Below are positions 15,701 through 29,200 of a stretch of DNA of 64,000 nucleotides, in pieces. The stretch comes from Bugula neritina (Eukaryota; Animalia; Bryozoa). The translations under genes were made by a program, and so were the position numbers. The DNA is taken from positions 507,680 to 571,679 of the forward strand of contig OZ037767.1 in NCBI GenBank assembly GCA_964035545.1, written 5' to 3'. Below the pieces are notes generated by a model. That model searched no databases and was not told the DNA's origin. It was given only the letters and a program-made list of their open reading frames with translations. Position 1 is the stretch's first letter. Every line of letters begins with the position of its first letter.

Positions 15701-18700
15701 GCATATCTGCAATTGGCAATTTTGAAGCAATGTCTTTCGATAACTATTAACCACTCAGGCATTTAATTGAGTAAAAAAGCTAGCTAAATGCAACTGAATA
15801 TATTAAAGACATTTACTATAAAATCAATTTGAATTCAATAAATTACTTTAAAATATGAATAAACTTTTGCTCATCCTTTATAATAAAATTAAAAAGTTTA
15901 GACTATGCATTCAGTTAGTGTTACTACTCACTAAATAAGACTAAAAGTAACTTACTGAAGAACTAAGTCAGTCAACTATAGAACCAATATGAACTCGCAT
16001 TAATATTTCATCATTATACTCATTTACATTTAATCACATTTACCATTTCAATTTGGTTATAGGTGATGCTTTTATCAATATAAATAGGATTACCGATTGA
16101 GTTTTGACAGTAACTGTAAGCCTGCATAATGTAATAAAGATTTTATCGTTATATTTTAAATCAAACTTTGAGCTAATTTGAAAATCACAAAAGGAAACGG
16201 TAGTTTGACTAGTAGGCCTAACGTTAATACTAATAGTAATACTAATAGTAATCAGTAACTGTATTCACAAAATCTAAGACAGAGGCTAAAAGTTACTAAG
16301 AATAAGTCCAATGTAAATTTAAATATCAACTATAGAGTAAATCAATAAATATAATACTATCAATATAAGTATCAAGTTTTAAGACCGAAGGCGAAACTCA
16401 GAGTCAGACTCAAACAGTGAGTTTATAATTATTAATTTAAATTATTACTAATTTACTTATAGTTATAGTATTAGTTATACTATTAATATTAATGAGCTAC
16501 ATTTGGTTTTACTGCCAAATACCAGTATCAGTAAATCATGAATAATATTCATTATGATTATCATTATGAGTAACCGTACCCCAAACTGTGAGTCATAGTG
16601 AGAGTCATTTAAATAGTTACTAGTAGTAGTATAGAATAAGATAAAGAATAGACATACTCATACTGATACTCCTACTCCTAGTGATAGTATGAATATTAAT
16701 AAATTGATAACTACAAATAATCCTGGCAACAATTTTAAGTTAATAGCGTAAAGGATGGTTTTGAGTATAATTACCTGTATTGTTGTAATTTTCAAGCTTG
16801 AACGCTAAAGATAAAGATTAAGTTTAGCATTTATCACCAAAGGGCAAAACAGCTCAGTAACTTAAAAGCTAACTTTGGATGGAGCACGATGAAAAACTAA
16901 AGCTAGCCTGCGATTTTAAATACGATGCTTCTGACAATGCGAAGAAAGAGGTGTAAGCTAAACTCATTTGATAAAAAATAAATTTGCAAGATCTCACGCT
17001 ATGAAAATGACTAAAATTATCTTCTTTCTTTATTTGATAACTTCGCAATTTTTTCATCATTTAAAAAATTGAATGCCTTAGTTACCAACTTTAAATGTAA
17101 TTTTGGAGCTGAAGGGATCATCAAATGCTTACGAAAGTATGATTTTTGAAATCCTTGGATTTTTTTGTATTAGAAAAGTTCAAAACCTAAAAACTGGAAA
17201 TTAATTTCAAATTTAAGTATATCCAAATTAAACCTTCATTTACTACAATTTATAAACGCCGCCACATCCCCGGTTTTGTCGCGACTGGTCACATATAATA
17301 TAATACATAGTATAACATATAATATAATACATAGTATAACATATAATATAATGCATAGTATAACGTATAATACAATACATAGTATAACATAATATAATAC
17401 ATAGTATAACATATAATATAATACATAGTATAACATATAATACATAGTATAACGTATAATATATAATACGATGTAGTACTATTATGTAGTGATTCTACGG
17501 ACACAGGGATGCACCCGGCAGCCAGGGCTTTGAATAAGAGGGCATCCAGTATGGAGAGAATGTACCCTGTTAGGTCAATGGGACCTCATATTAGTAAGGT
17601 GGGTGATGTAGTAATATAGTAATATAGTGTAGTAATATAGTAATATAGTGCTCAAATATAGTAATATAATGAAGAAAGATAAAGTAATACAGTGTTGTGA
17701 TATAGTAATATAGTGTTGTAATATAGTAATATAGTGTAGAGAAATGTAGTAATATAGTGTAGAGAAATGTAGTAATATAGTGTAGAGAAATATAGTAATA
17801 TAATGTAGTAATATATAGTGTAGTAATATCGTAATATAATGAAGAGAAAAGTATTTACTGGCTGAAATATAGACAGTATTTAGAACTGTAAAGAAGTGGG
17901 TGGAGCATAATGAAGAGGTGAACAATACAGCTGGAAGATGCCCATGTCAACTCACACTACTCCTTCTATGTAACTTGATTACAATCAGTTTCTATATAGT
18001 ACTATTTGGTTTTAATTAGCTAGAGGTAGGTGTAAGTTTACTAGATTTGATAGAGTGTTATTCAATAGCTGGACACCGGGATATGGGGAGGGTTTGTAAA
18101 CTGGAATTAAGTCCCCCTTTGCTGTAAAACAAACATACAAACAATTGTGAAGTCTACAACACAGTAAACACTCACCTGCTGGTAGCTGTCAGCTAATAAA
18201 CCAGTCAATAGTGTCTATTGTGACGCTACTAGGCAGGTGTTTACATGTGAGATGAGTTGTTAGTGAGAGAGTTAGTTAGCATAAAGCATTGTATACCTTA
18301 TTACTACAGTATTGCTACTACAGCCAGCTACACGCTACAGTCTACACTATAAAATACATTACAGTATACACTACAGTATAAACTACAGTCTACACTGCAG
18401 TATACGTTACAAAAACCTGCATCTTCTGTAATAACCGGAGCAGATGTGAGAAGAAGACATGGTTGAGGTAAAATTGCAGGGAGTAAGAAATAGCCTCAGG
18501 TCAATGTGGTTCTACTCACCACTCACTAAGGGCGTTGAATAGGCGTACCCTATATGCTTGAGGTAAACTAGTTATTGTATTTACACTTTGGGGTTTGGTT
18601 CATGATGTTGTGTTTTCATGCAGACGAGTCCAGACACGTCTGTGCCCGAGACCAGATCCAGCTACAACAGGTCACTCTCAGTCGATAGGTACGGCAGGAC

Positions 18701-21700
18701 CCCCGACACTCGCAGGTTCAGCAGCTCTGTGGATTACTCGACTAGACTCGGCCTGGGTTCCAGTCATGAAAGATTAGATAATGGAGGGGAGCCTGTTAAC
18801 TCCCACCGCAACGACTATAAACACTCTTCTACTGCCCTTCAATCTAGCCGAGAAATGTCAGGCTCCAGTTCAAACATCTACCATCAGGTAAGTTTACCTG
18901 CTGCCTTGTGATTCCCACCCACCACTGTGTAGACTCCATTTTAATGTGTATGCATGTGTCTGTAGTATGTGTGCTACTCTGGTACATGTGTACTGTGTGC
19001 TACTCTGGTACATGTGTACTGTGTGCTACTCTGGTACACGTGTACTGTGTGCTACTCTGGTACATGTGTACTGTGTGCTACTCTGGTACATGTGTACTGT
19101 GTGCTACTCTGGTACATGTGTACTGTGTACTACTCTGGTACATGTGTACTGTGTGCTACTCTGGTACATGTGTACTGTGTGCTACTCTGGTACATGTGTG
19201 CTGTGTGCTACTCTGGTACATGTGTACTGTGTGCTACTCTGGTACATGTGTACTGTGTGAACTGTTACAGAAACACAGAGAAAAGCATTCCCATAATTCC
19301 CAGCAGGTAATCTTGTTGCAGAAATTAATGCTTTTACTTTCTTAGCAATGCTGTTAGCTGTCGTAGCATGCTGCCAGCTTGAGTCTCTCTCTTATACTAA
19401 TACTTATACTAGTACTTACACTAGTACTTATACTTGTACTAGAAATTATACTTGTACTAGGGATTATACTAATACAAGTCTTTCAACTAATTAGTGAGAG
19501 CTACTAACTGCATGAGACATGAAGAGTTAAGAGTAGTTTTCATTGCAGTGCATTTAGACTTTGAATTAGGAAGTTCACTCAGGAATTATGCTCTCTCTCC
19601 TTCTATAGTGTTCAAGCCAGCTTACTAACGACTAAACGCTAAAACCGAGCAACGTTTCTAGTGGTTGTTGTAACAAATGCGAGGGTCAGTGTTGAAGAGA
19701 AACGCTACATGTTTGTTGTGAATATTATGTTGAGTTATATAACAACAGAAAACTTGTGTTTCGTTAGAACGGCAGCTCTCCCGGAAACAGCAGCCGGGTT
19801 TACAGCTCAGACGAGGTGGAGAAGATACGAGTACACTACAATCAGGAGATTCAAGACCTGAAACTCGACTATCAGTCACGGTTACTCGCTAAAGACCGTG
19901 AGTGGGATAAAAAGGTGGGCTCACTCACTTAGCTATACAGTGTAACTGGCATAGGTGTTTCCTCATAGTCTGTAACATTGTTTTATAATGAAACCAGTAA
20001 TATACAGACAGTATCACATGACTATCAGAGATCATTGATGATGTCCCAAAGAGCATCCTCTGTGCTAAAGTAAATTTTGCCAGCATGGTGAGACTTTATA
20101 ATCAAGGGTTCTCACAGGGATGAAGAATTTAACTAGCGTGACATATTTCTATATATTGCTACATTCTATTTTCATGCTATTACAACATTATCATAATAAA
20201 GCTATATAGGATTATGGTACATCAGTTTTATTGTGAGTAGGACATGTTAGATAGTTGAGCAGTACAGAGACAGTGAAATCAGTATCAGTTTATACATAAA
20301 ATATTAGCTATTAAACTGAAAGCTTTTTACAGCTTTTTCACTGATAGTTTGTACAGTAACAATGCTATAATGCAAGAAGCTGTATATTGCAGTTGCAAGC
20401 TGCACATTACAGTTGCTAGCTGTATATTGCAGTTGCTAGCTGTATATTGCAGTTGCAAGCTGTATATTACAGTTGCAAGCTGCACATTACAGTTGCTAGC
20501 TGTATATTGCAGTTGCTAGCTGTATATTACAGTTGCAAGCTGTATATTACAGTTGCTAGCTGTATATTGCAGTTGCAAGCTGTATATTGCAGTTGCTAGC
20601 TGTATATTGCAGTTGCAAGCTAGCAAATCGGAGCTCTCCAACTCACAGAAAATGGTGATGGACTTGAGACACAAATGCAACGACATGGCGGCTGAGTACG
20701 ACAAATCTATGACGGAGTTGCTCAATGATAAGGTAGGCCATTCTCTCTGAGAAGTGCAGTAATGTGGAAAGTTTAATTGCCCGAGTTCATTAATTTAAAT
20801 TACTAGTTGTTGGCTTTTTGGGCTCGGGTTAAGAACCACACAAAAACATATACTATATTTCTCACTTAGAACACAGTCTTGTCTTGGTCTCTGTAACCGC
20901 ACCTACTTTTAGTGGTGCGGTCACAGAGAAAAGTTGTTTGCAGTTTATAACTAATCTGTAACACTGCAAAATGTATCTACACAATGGCAGACCTATGTTA
21001 TACTGTGAATTGTACTCATACAGTACTGTACTTATGTATATATACTGTGAGCTACATAACTACTCCGCTGAAAACTCAGGAAATGACCTTTTCTCATGCA
21101 CACACAGTAGCTTAGCTATAAAACTTGTAATTCTACCCCTAGCTCAAACCAACCTCTCAATATAAGTGCCCTGATAACTCTACAGTCTACACCTTTGTTT
21201 TACACTCAGCGCCGTACCCGTACAACGCTGAGTTTATTTTTCTGCTGCGAGTATACAATGCCATGGCTATAAAATGGCAGCTGTTGTCTAGGAACTAGCG
21301 AGTATGAATGATACTTTAGGAATTAGCGAGTATGAGTACTATAGAACCTACGCCGGAGAATATGAACTCCCTGAAGTCCGAGAGAGATCAGTATGCCGAT
21401 GACTTGCAGCTGGTCGAGAAATCCTTCACTGAGTTACACAAGCGTTACGATAAGCTGAGAGAAAATCTGCAGTCTCACAAGAGAAACGAGGAGAAACTGA
21501 AAGAAGAGATAACCTCCATGAGACAACAACTTCGAGATGCTTCACAAAACTTTGAGGTTTGCATTGAAGTGGTTTTTATTTCAGATTATGATAATAAAAT
21601 AGTAATCATAACTACTACATACTCTAAAGCTGTATGCTGTAAATATTGTGTCTTAGAATCATAGTACTAGCAACAACAAAAAGCAATTTATTAAATGCTG

Positions 21701-22205
21701 AGTAACATTAAACTAAATAGCAATTGATATATTTGTTTTATTGTTCAACTCAGCTGGTGCTAAGTAAATTTACTAACTCAAAATGATTTACTAACTCAAA
21801 ATGATTTACTAACTCACATCGATTACAGAAACTGAGGGGTGAGTCACAAGATAAGCTAACAAAAGCTGCAACTGAGGTTGAGAAGGCCAAGTCAAGTTGC
21901 AAGGCGGAGTTAATCCGATTGCAGATGGCGCTAAAGAAATCAGAAGTACACGCCCAGAGCGTGGAGCAGCAACTCAAACAGAAAGTGAGTAACTATATCG
22001 TATTGTAGTGTACTATTATATTCCATATATATTTTAATATATTGTTATATTATATATAGTGTAATGCATTTCACATTTTTTACAAGTATGACTATATGAC
22101 AGAGAAAATGTCTTCTTTTATGTTGTGTTTTAGATTGAAGAGAATTCCGAATTAGCCCAGATTTGTGACAACTTGATTGCTCTAAAGGGTGGGAGCCCTG
22201 AATGA
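11860..22205 (+). CDS. TACC: Transforming acidic coiled-coil (TACC domain) protein; exons 11860-11880, 12568-12701, 17490-17598, 18624-18887, 19271-19306, 19768-19914, 20613-20732, 21320-21556, 21829-21984, 22134-22205
   Basis: C-terminal [42 protein letters not shown]|[15 protein letters not shown] matches the TACC domain; phases consistent; start codon and Ser-rich 5' exons less certain. Confidence 0.85.
12708..13155. repeat. (TCTG)n/(TG)n microsatellite just after the donor
   Basis: Direct periodicity. Confidence 0.95.
13195..13830. repeat. Intronic minisatellite, 28-bp unit ATAATAACTCAGTAGTGCTATGATAGTA
   Basis: Direct periodicity. Confidence 0.95.
14106..17292. mobile_element. Non-autonomous DNA transposon (~3.19 kb) with imperfect ~28-bp TIRs and ATAT (or TA) target duplication, in a TACC intron
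   Basis: Left GTGACCTGGCACCACAAAACAAGGGATGT vs reverse complement of the right end GTGACCAGTCGCGACAAAACCGGGGATGT; ATAT on both flanks; removal restores the host repeat CATAGTATAACATATAATATAATA; no transposase ORF. Confidence 0.8.
17293..17470. repeat. 24-bp minisatellite CATAGTATAACATATAATATAATA (remainder at ~14060-14105), ending near the acceptor at 17489
   Basis: Direct periodicity on both sides of the element. Confidence 0.9.
18962..19260. repeat. Intronic minisatellite, 26-bp unit TGTGTACTGTGTGCTACTCTGGTACA, ending ~10 nt before the acceptor
   Basis: Direct periodicity. Confidence 0.95.
20378..20620. repeat. 20-bp repeat spanning acceptor and exon start (GCTGTATATTGCAG|TTGCAA), ~12 copies
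   Basis: Last copy is the in-phase 3' splice site at 20612. Confidence 0.93.
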
Positions 22206-23240
22206 CCCCCCCCCCCCGTCTAAAGCCTGGCTTTTGATTAACGCTGCAGCTATACAGGATTTGTACAGACAGGAGCAGATAATTGACAAAACTACACACC
22301 ATAGCTATAAATATCATCACATATAAGAATTGTCTGCTCATTGACTGTTAACAAGGGGACCATTCCTTGCTCAAGATAAACTCTCACAAGTATCTATATG
22401 TACAATACTACATTCTTCAACAGTATTTAAAATGCATTACTATATTAATTAAAAACATAAATTATTTAAATATCATTTTTTTTAGGTTTACCGTCCATTC
22501 CCTTAAACTACATATATTTATGTTCTTTTTTCTAGAGGCCGCATGTTTTAATATATTGTGAATGTAAAATATTATATTTTGATACTAGCTGTACAATCGT
22601 TTTCTGCCTGAATAACCAAGTTGTGCTTGCAAAACACTTGTAATAAATTTACAACTCTTGGAATTCATGGATTGCTCTCATTTGCAGCAATAACTTTACT
22701 CTACTGTTGACTCACTAGTATATTTACTGCTAACTCACTAGTATATTTACTGAGGACTCACTAGTACGCAGTAGATATGACGAGTCTGAAACTTTCTGGA
22801 CTACCTCAGTCTGTAATTATACTTTATTGGAATTAAAAAATTATATACAATTAAACGGTACAGCCTGTGGACTTGATATAAAGAGTTTGAATGGCTGGCT
22901 ATCTATTGAAAATATATTACTGAAACTGGCAAACAATGCAGCTGAAAAATAGTCATACAATTGAAGCCAATAGCAAACTCGTTACTATGATACGAATTGC
23001 TGCCGATTCACGGCAGCTGCTGCCAATCTGCTGCTTGACTAGAAGTTTTCAACACAACCTCAAGATTGTTACATGCGAATAGCTTTGAGAGTTTTAACAT
23101 AACCCGTATGTATATTCAGTGTTGCAGGGGAGACTACTCTCATCTTTAGAGTAGATGCTAGGAGTTATTCCCCCTCACAGATCAGCTATAGAACAAGAAG
23201 TTGTTTGCTCCTGGATAGTTTGAGTGTAGCAAGATAGAGA

Positions 23241-26200
23241 CTATCTGTACGGGCAGTTTGGTCTCCAGTGTCCAGGATCTCCTGTAATACAACCACCAGC
23301 CAATGCTAACAGAACACTAATATCTGACGCACACAACATACCCTACACTGGTAATGATACTAGACATCACGCACATGTATGCCTCTCTTTTAGAGTACAA
23401 CACTTACCACAGTTGTAGCAGACGCCGTATGACCCCCAGGTACGCCGTCTGTACATCCAGTCCCATGCATCCTCATTATCTTCATCAAAATCTGACGAAT
23501 CGTTTAATTCAAGGAAAGATGAGTCACCTAACGTCAATAAATATCAGTGAGTATCTAACTGAGTACTAGACAGTATCTAACTGAGTACTAGACAGTATAT
23601 CACTGAGTACTAGACAGTATCTAACTGAGTACTAGACAGTATCTCACTGAGTACTAGACAGTATCACACTGAGTACTAGACAGTATCTCACTGAGTACTA
23701 GACAGTATCTCACTGAGTACTAGACAGTATCTCACTGAGTACTAGACAGTATCACACTGAGTACTAGACAGTATCACACTGAGTACTAGACAGTATCTCA
23801 CTGAGTACTAGACAGTATCTAACTGAGTACTAGACAGTATCTAACTGAGTACTAGACAGTATCTCACTGAGTACTAGACAGTATCTAACTGAGTACTAGA
23901 CAGTATCTAACTGAGTACTAGACAGTATCTCACTGAGTACTAGACAGTATCTCACTGAGTACTAGACAGTATCTAACTGAGTACTAGACAGTATCTCACT
24001 GAGTACTAGACAGTATCTAACTGAGTACTAGACAGTATCTCACTGAGTACTAGTCAGTATCTCACTGAGTACTAGTCAGTATCTCACTGAGTACTAGACA
24101 GTATCTAACTGAGTACTAGACAGTATCTCACTGAGTACTAGACAGTATCTCACTGAGTACTAGACAGTATCTAACTGAGTACTAGACAGTATCTCACTGA
24201 GTACTAGACAGTATCTAACTGAGTACTAGACAGTATCTCACTGAGTACTAGACAATATCTCACTGAGTAATAGACAGTATCTCACTAAGCTAGATAAATC
24301 AAACCTCTACAGTAAGTATCTTTACAATAGTTACAACTACAAATTAGAAGCAAGGCACTGTTAGATAAGATGTGAAAAGGAAAAAGAAGAAAAAGAAATG
24401 TGGAAAACAAACACAATCACGGTACAGGAAACTGGGCAACTATACTTCTGAGAGTTATCTTACTAATTACTACTTACTTTCTCCTTCAGAGTCACTAGAA
24501 ATTAGAATGGGTTCCTCAGTATTTGTGTTGGTAGTGGAGTCTGTGCCTGCAAACATGAACAGCATGCGTAAGTAACCCACAGCAGAGGCTGTGATGAGGT
24601 AGGTGTGTAATGAGCACAGTATTGGTAACTGTAAGGTGGCACATGAATGGCTATACCAGCAGAGACTCGTCCAATCAACATCCACTATACAGTCTACCAA
24701 CAACTCTCTCTCTCTCTATTCGGTATCGAGAGTCGAAGCTTGAGAAAATTTTACATCAATCAACGGAATACATGAGTTAATGAAATAGAATAGAAAGCAT
24801 GCATTGTCAGTGTCAGCAAGTTAGTGTACAAGGGTGTATATGAGGGGGGGGGGTTACAGGGTGTATAGGGAGGGGTGCATTTTGAAAAAGCAGAGATATT
24901 TATGCTAATTAATTACACTGGCACACTTTCTACTCTATTACCATTTATTGACTAGAAACAGAATTGTACAGTCAAGCAGCAAATATAATATATACTGATG
25001 AAGATTACTGATTTATAAGTCACTATCAGAGAGTCCTATGTACAGAAATAACTAGTTGAAAGTGCGAGTCATGTAGAATAGTCTGCTGAGACGCTGTAAT
25101 TCATAGTGAATGGATCCACCACGTGATCTACCACATCTCTGATGGGTTCGTCAGGATCACTTCTTAGAAGTAGTCTGCTCTGATTGTGAAGTCGTACAGG
25201 AAGTGGTTGTTGGCGTTACAGTCAATGCAGTAGATCTGCTACCTGATTGGCTAAAACTTGACTGACTAGAAACTGATGGGCTGGAAACACTTTGACTTGG
25301 GGTGAGTTGTGGTTGGGCTGATTGACTTGGGGCGAGTTGTGGTTGGGCTAATTGACTTGGGGCGAGTTGTGGTTGCGCTGATTGACTTGGGGCGAGTTGT
25401 GGTTGGACTGATTGACTTGGGGAGAGTTGTGGTTGGGCTGATTGACTTGGGGCGAGTTGTGGTTGGGCTGATTGACTTGGGGAAAGTTGTGGTTGGACTG
25501 ATTGATTTGGGGCGAGTTGTGGTTGGGCTGATTGACTTGGGGAAAGTTGTGGTTGGACTGATTGATTTGGGGCGAGTTGTGGTTGGGCTGATTGACTTGG
25601 GGCGAGTTGTGGTTGACCTGATTGACTTGGGGCGAGTTGTGGTTGAAATGGCCGGAGGGCGGGCTCATAACCATAACCAAGTGGTAGATAACCAAGTGTT
25701 GGAAGAGGAAGTGGTGGATAAGCAAGTGGTGGAGGGAATGGTGGAAGAGGGGGAGGAAGCAGTCCCATATCAAGCTGCTGAAGGTGGTGCCGGAGGAAAC
25801 TTGGTAAGCCTACAAGTGAGCTAAAATTGAGGAACATGTCTGCCATTTGTCTGGGAGCAGAAGAAGCATTTCTAGTGGCTATACCTGGTGGTCGCCTGGT
25901 GCGTGCCACGGCTGTAGTGGCTCTAGTGGCTCTAGTGACTGTAGTGGTAGCTGTAGTGGTAGCTGTAGTGGCTGTAGTGGTAGCTGTAGTGGCTGTAGCG
26001 GCTGTGGTGACTGTAGCGGCTGTGGTGACTGTAGTATCTGTAGCTGAACTAGACGTTGACGAGGTAGACCGAGTAGCTGGAGCAGCACCTCTAGCGGCAG
26101 CACCTCTAGCGGCAGCACCTCTCCTAGCAGCTCCTCTGCCCCTCCTTGGCTGTCTTCTATTAGATGACTTCTTCTTACCTTTACCTTGATTAGCTTTAGA

Positions 26201-29200
26201 CTTCTCCAACATTTCAGCTGACAATAGAAATATTTCAGCAGATGAAGTAAACATACAGGTATACACAGTAAACATACAGATAGACTACACACTCAAAAAG
26301 GTCAAGGTCTAACCTTCCCGAGCCGCGATCAGTGACTTCCTGTATGACCTGCTCTCCTCGGACATGTCCTCTACAGCTCTGTCTATGAGACTGTTAATGA
26401 CGCAGTTGAAGTTAGCCTCAGAGTAGACATTCCTGCACACGGGGCACTCCCTCTTCTGCTCTAACCACTTGTCAATGCAGTAGCCACAGAATGTGTGCGA
26501 GCAGGGAAAGCTTTTGGGCTACAATATTACCTGTATATATTACCTGTACTATTACCTCACTGTATATATTACCTGTACCCACTGTATATATTACCTGTAC
26601 CCACTGTATATACTACCTGTACTCACTGTATATACTACCTGTACTCACTGTATATATTACCTGTACTCACTGTATATATTACCTGTACTCACTGTATATA
26701 TTACCTGTACTCACTGTATATATTACCTGTACCCACTGTATATATTACCTGTACTCACTGTATATATTACCTGTACTCACTGCAGATATATTACCTGTAC
26801 TCACTGCAGATATATTACCTGTACTCACTGTATATATTACCTGTACTATCATCTCACTGCAGATGGCACACATCAACTCATCCTCAAACAAGTCAGCGAT
26901 CTTCTTCTGCACTGCCTCGTCAGCGCACTCCCTTCCGAGACGAGATTGCTCCTCCTGCGTCACTTTCAGCGCTTCTTCTAGCTGTTGCAGTCTCTTGTCT
27001 TGTGCCTGTCCAATGAAAAACAGTCTCTCATTCACTCCAGAATTCAGATGGAAGAAACTTACAGGCTTACCGTTGGTAGAAGTAACAGCATATATGATGG
27101 TGATTATTATTAGTGTTTCATTAGTTATATGTATCTAGTGAACATATCTTCAACTATGCTCTATGCATATAGTTACTCTGCAGTAAGCTACTCTGCAGTG
27201 AGTTACTCTGCAGTGAGTTACTCTACAGTGAGTTACTCTACAGTGAGTTACTCTGCAGTGAGTTACTTTACAGTGAGTTACTCTACAGTGAGTTACTCTA
27301 CAGTGAGTTACTCTACAGTGAGTTACTCTGCAGTGAGTTACTCTGCAGTAAGTTACTCTGCAGTGAGTTACTCTGCAGTGAGTTACTCTGCAGTAGGTTA
27401 CTCTGCAGTGAATTACTCTGCAGTGAGTTACTCTGCAGTGAGTTACTCTACAGTGAGTTACTCTACAGTGAGTTACTCTGCAGTGAGTTACTCTACAGTG
27501 AGTTACTCCACAGTGAGTTACTCTGCAGTGAGTTACTCTACAGTGAGTTACTCTACAGTGAGTTACTCTGCGGTGAGTTACTCTGCGAGAGAGCCAGAGT
27601 GGTGGTCTTACCTTAGCATCTTCCAGCTGTCTCTCCTTCTCTTCCAGCTGCTTCAGTATCTCTTCAGATTTCTTAGTCTGTTCGTCCTACGAGATTCAAC
27701 ATGGCCGCTAGCGTTACGCAACACTACACCAGTTATACAACAAGTAGAGTGTAAATAACTGAGAGTAAGTAACTGAGAGTAAATAACTGAGAGTAAGTAA
27801 CTGAGAGTAAGTAACCGAGAGTAAGTAACTGAGAGTAAATAACTGAGAGTAAGTAACTGAGAGTAAGTAACTGAGAGTAAGTAACTGAGAGTAAGTAACT
27901 GAGAGTAAGTAACTGAGAGTAAGTAACTGAGAGTAAGTAACTGAGAGTAAGTAACTGAGAGTAAGTAACTGAGAGTAAGTAACTGAGTATAAGTGAACTA
28001 CAATCAAAGATAAGAACATACCTTGATATTTCTAATGGATTCTTCCATCTGCAAGTCTTTCTCTTGTAAAGCTTTCTCAACTACCTTCTGCTTACTCTGA
28101 AACAACCAACCAATCAGAATGCTCTGAAACAACCAACCAATCAGAATGCTCTGAAACAACCAACCAATCAGAATGCTCTAAGACATTCAGCCTATCAGAA
28201 TACCAGAGTATTATAAAGGGTTCTGAACACACATAAAGAGAGACTAAGTCTACACCTGCCCAGTCTCGCATGCAGATGTCTATTCACCTGTAGCTCTTCT
28301 ATTTCCTGTTTTAGGGCAGCTTCTTTGGCAGCGGTTTGCTCATCATAAGCTCGTTTTAGCTCGGCTAATTCTAGCTGCAGTGCTGCTCTTTCTGCCTGTG
28401 TATGGAGATAATAGCAGTAAGATGTAATGTAATAGCAGTATGATGTAATGTAATAACAGTATGATGTAATGTAATAGCAGTATGACAAAATGTAATAGCA
28501 GTATGATGTAATGTAATAGCAGTATGATGTAATGTAATAGCAGTAGGATGTAATGTAATAGCAGTATGATGTAATGTAATAGCAGTATGATGTAATGTAA
28601 TAGCAGTATGATGTAATGTAATAGCAGTATGATGTAATGTAATAGCAGTGTGATGTAATGTAATAGCAGTATGATGTAATGTAATAGCAGTATGATGTAA
28701 TGTAATAGCAGTAGGATGTAATGTAATAGCAGTATGATGTAATGTAATAGCAGTATGATGTAATGTAATAGCAGTATGATGTAATGTAATAGCAGTATGA
28801 TGTAATGTAATAGCAGTATGGTGTAATGTAATAGCAGTATGATGTAATGTAATAGCAGTATGATGTAATGTAACAGCAGTATGATGTAATGTAACAGCAG
28901 TATGATGTAATGTAATAGCAGTATGATGTAATGTAATAGCAGTATGATGTAATGTAATAGCAGTATGATGTAATGTAACAGCAGTATGATGTAATGTAAC
29001 AGCAGTATGATGTAATGTAATAGCAGTATGATGTAATGTAATAGCAGTATGATGTAATATAATATATATCACATGAAGTGTTGTATGTCATACTATGATA
29101 TATCAAGTTTGATTGAGACACTGGGAGGAGTGGAGAGGGGGTGGAGGGGAGAGGGGGTGAAGGGAAGGGGGTGGAGGTAACAGAAAAAAGGGGTATTAGA

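Noticed and set aside
21259-21291. Helitron-like 3' end (hairpin followed by CTAG)
   Set aside because: Not followed by T, no 5' end found; the CTAG is explained by the duplicated acceptor
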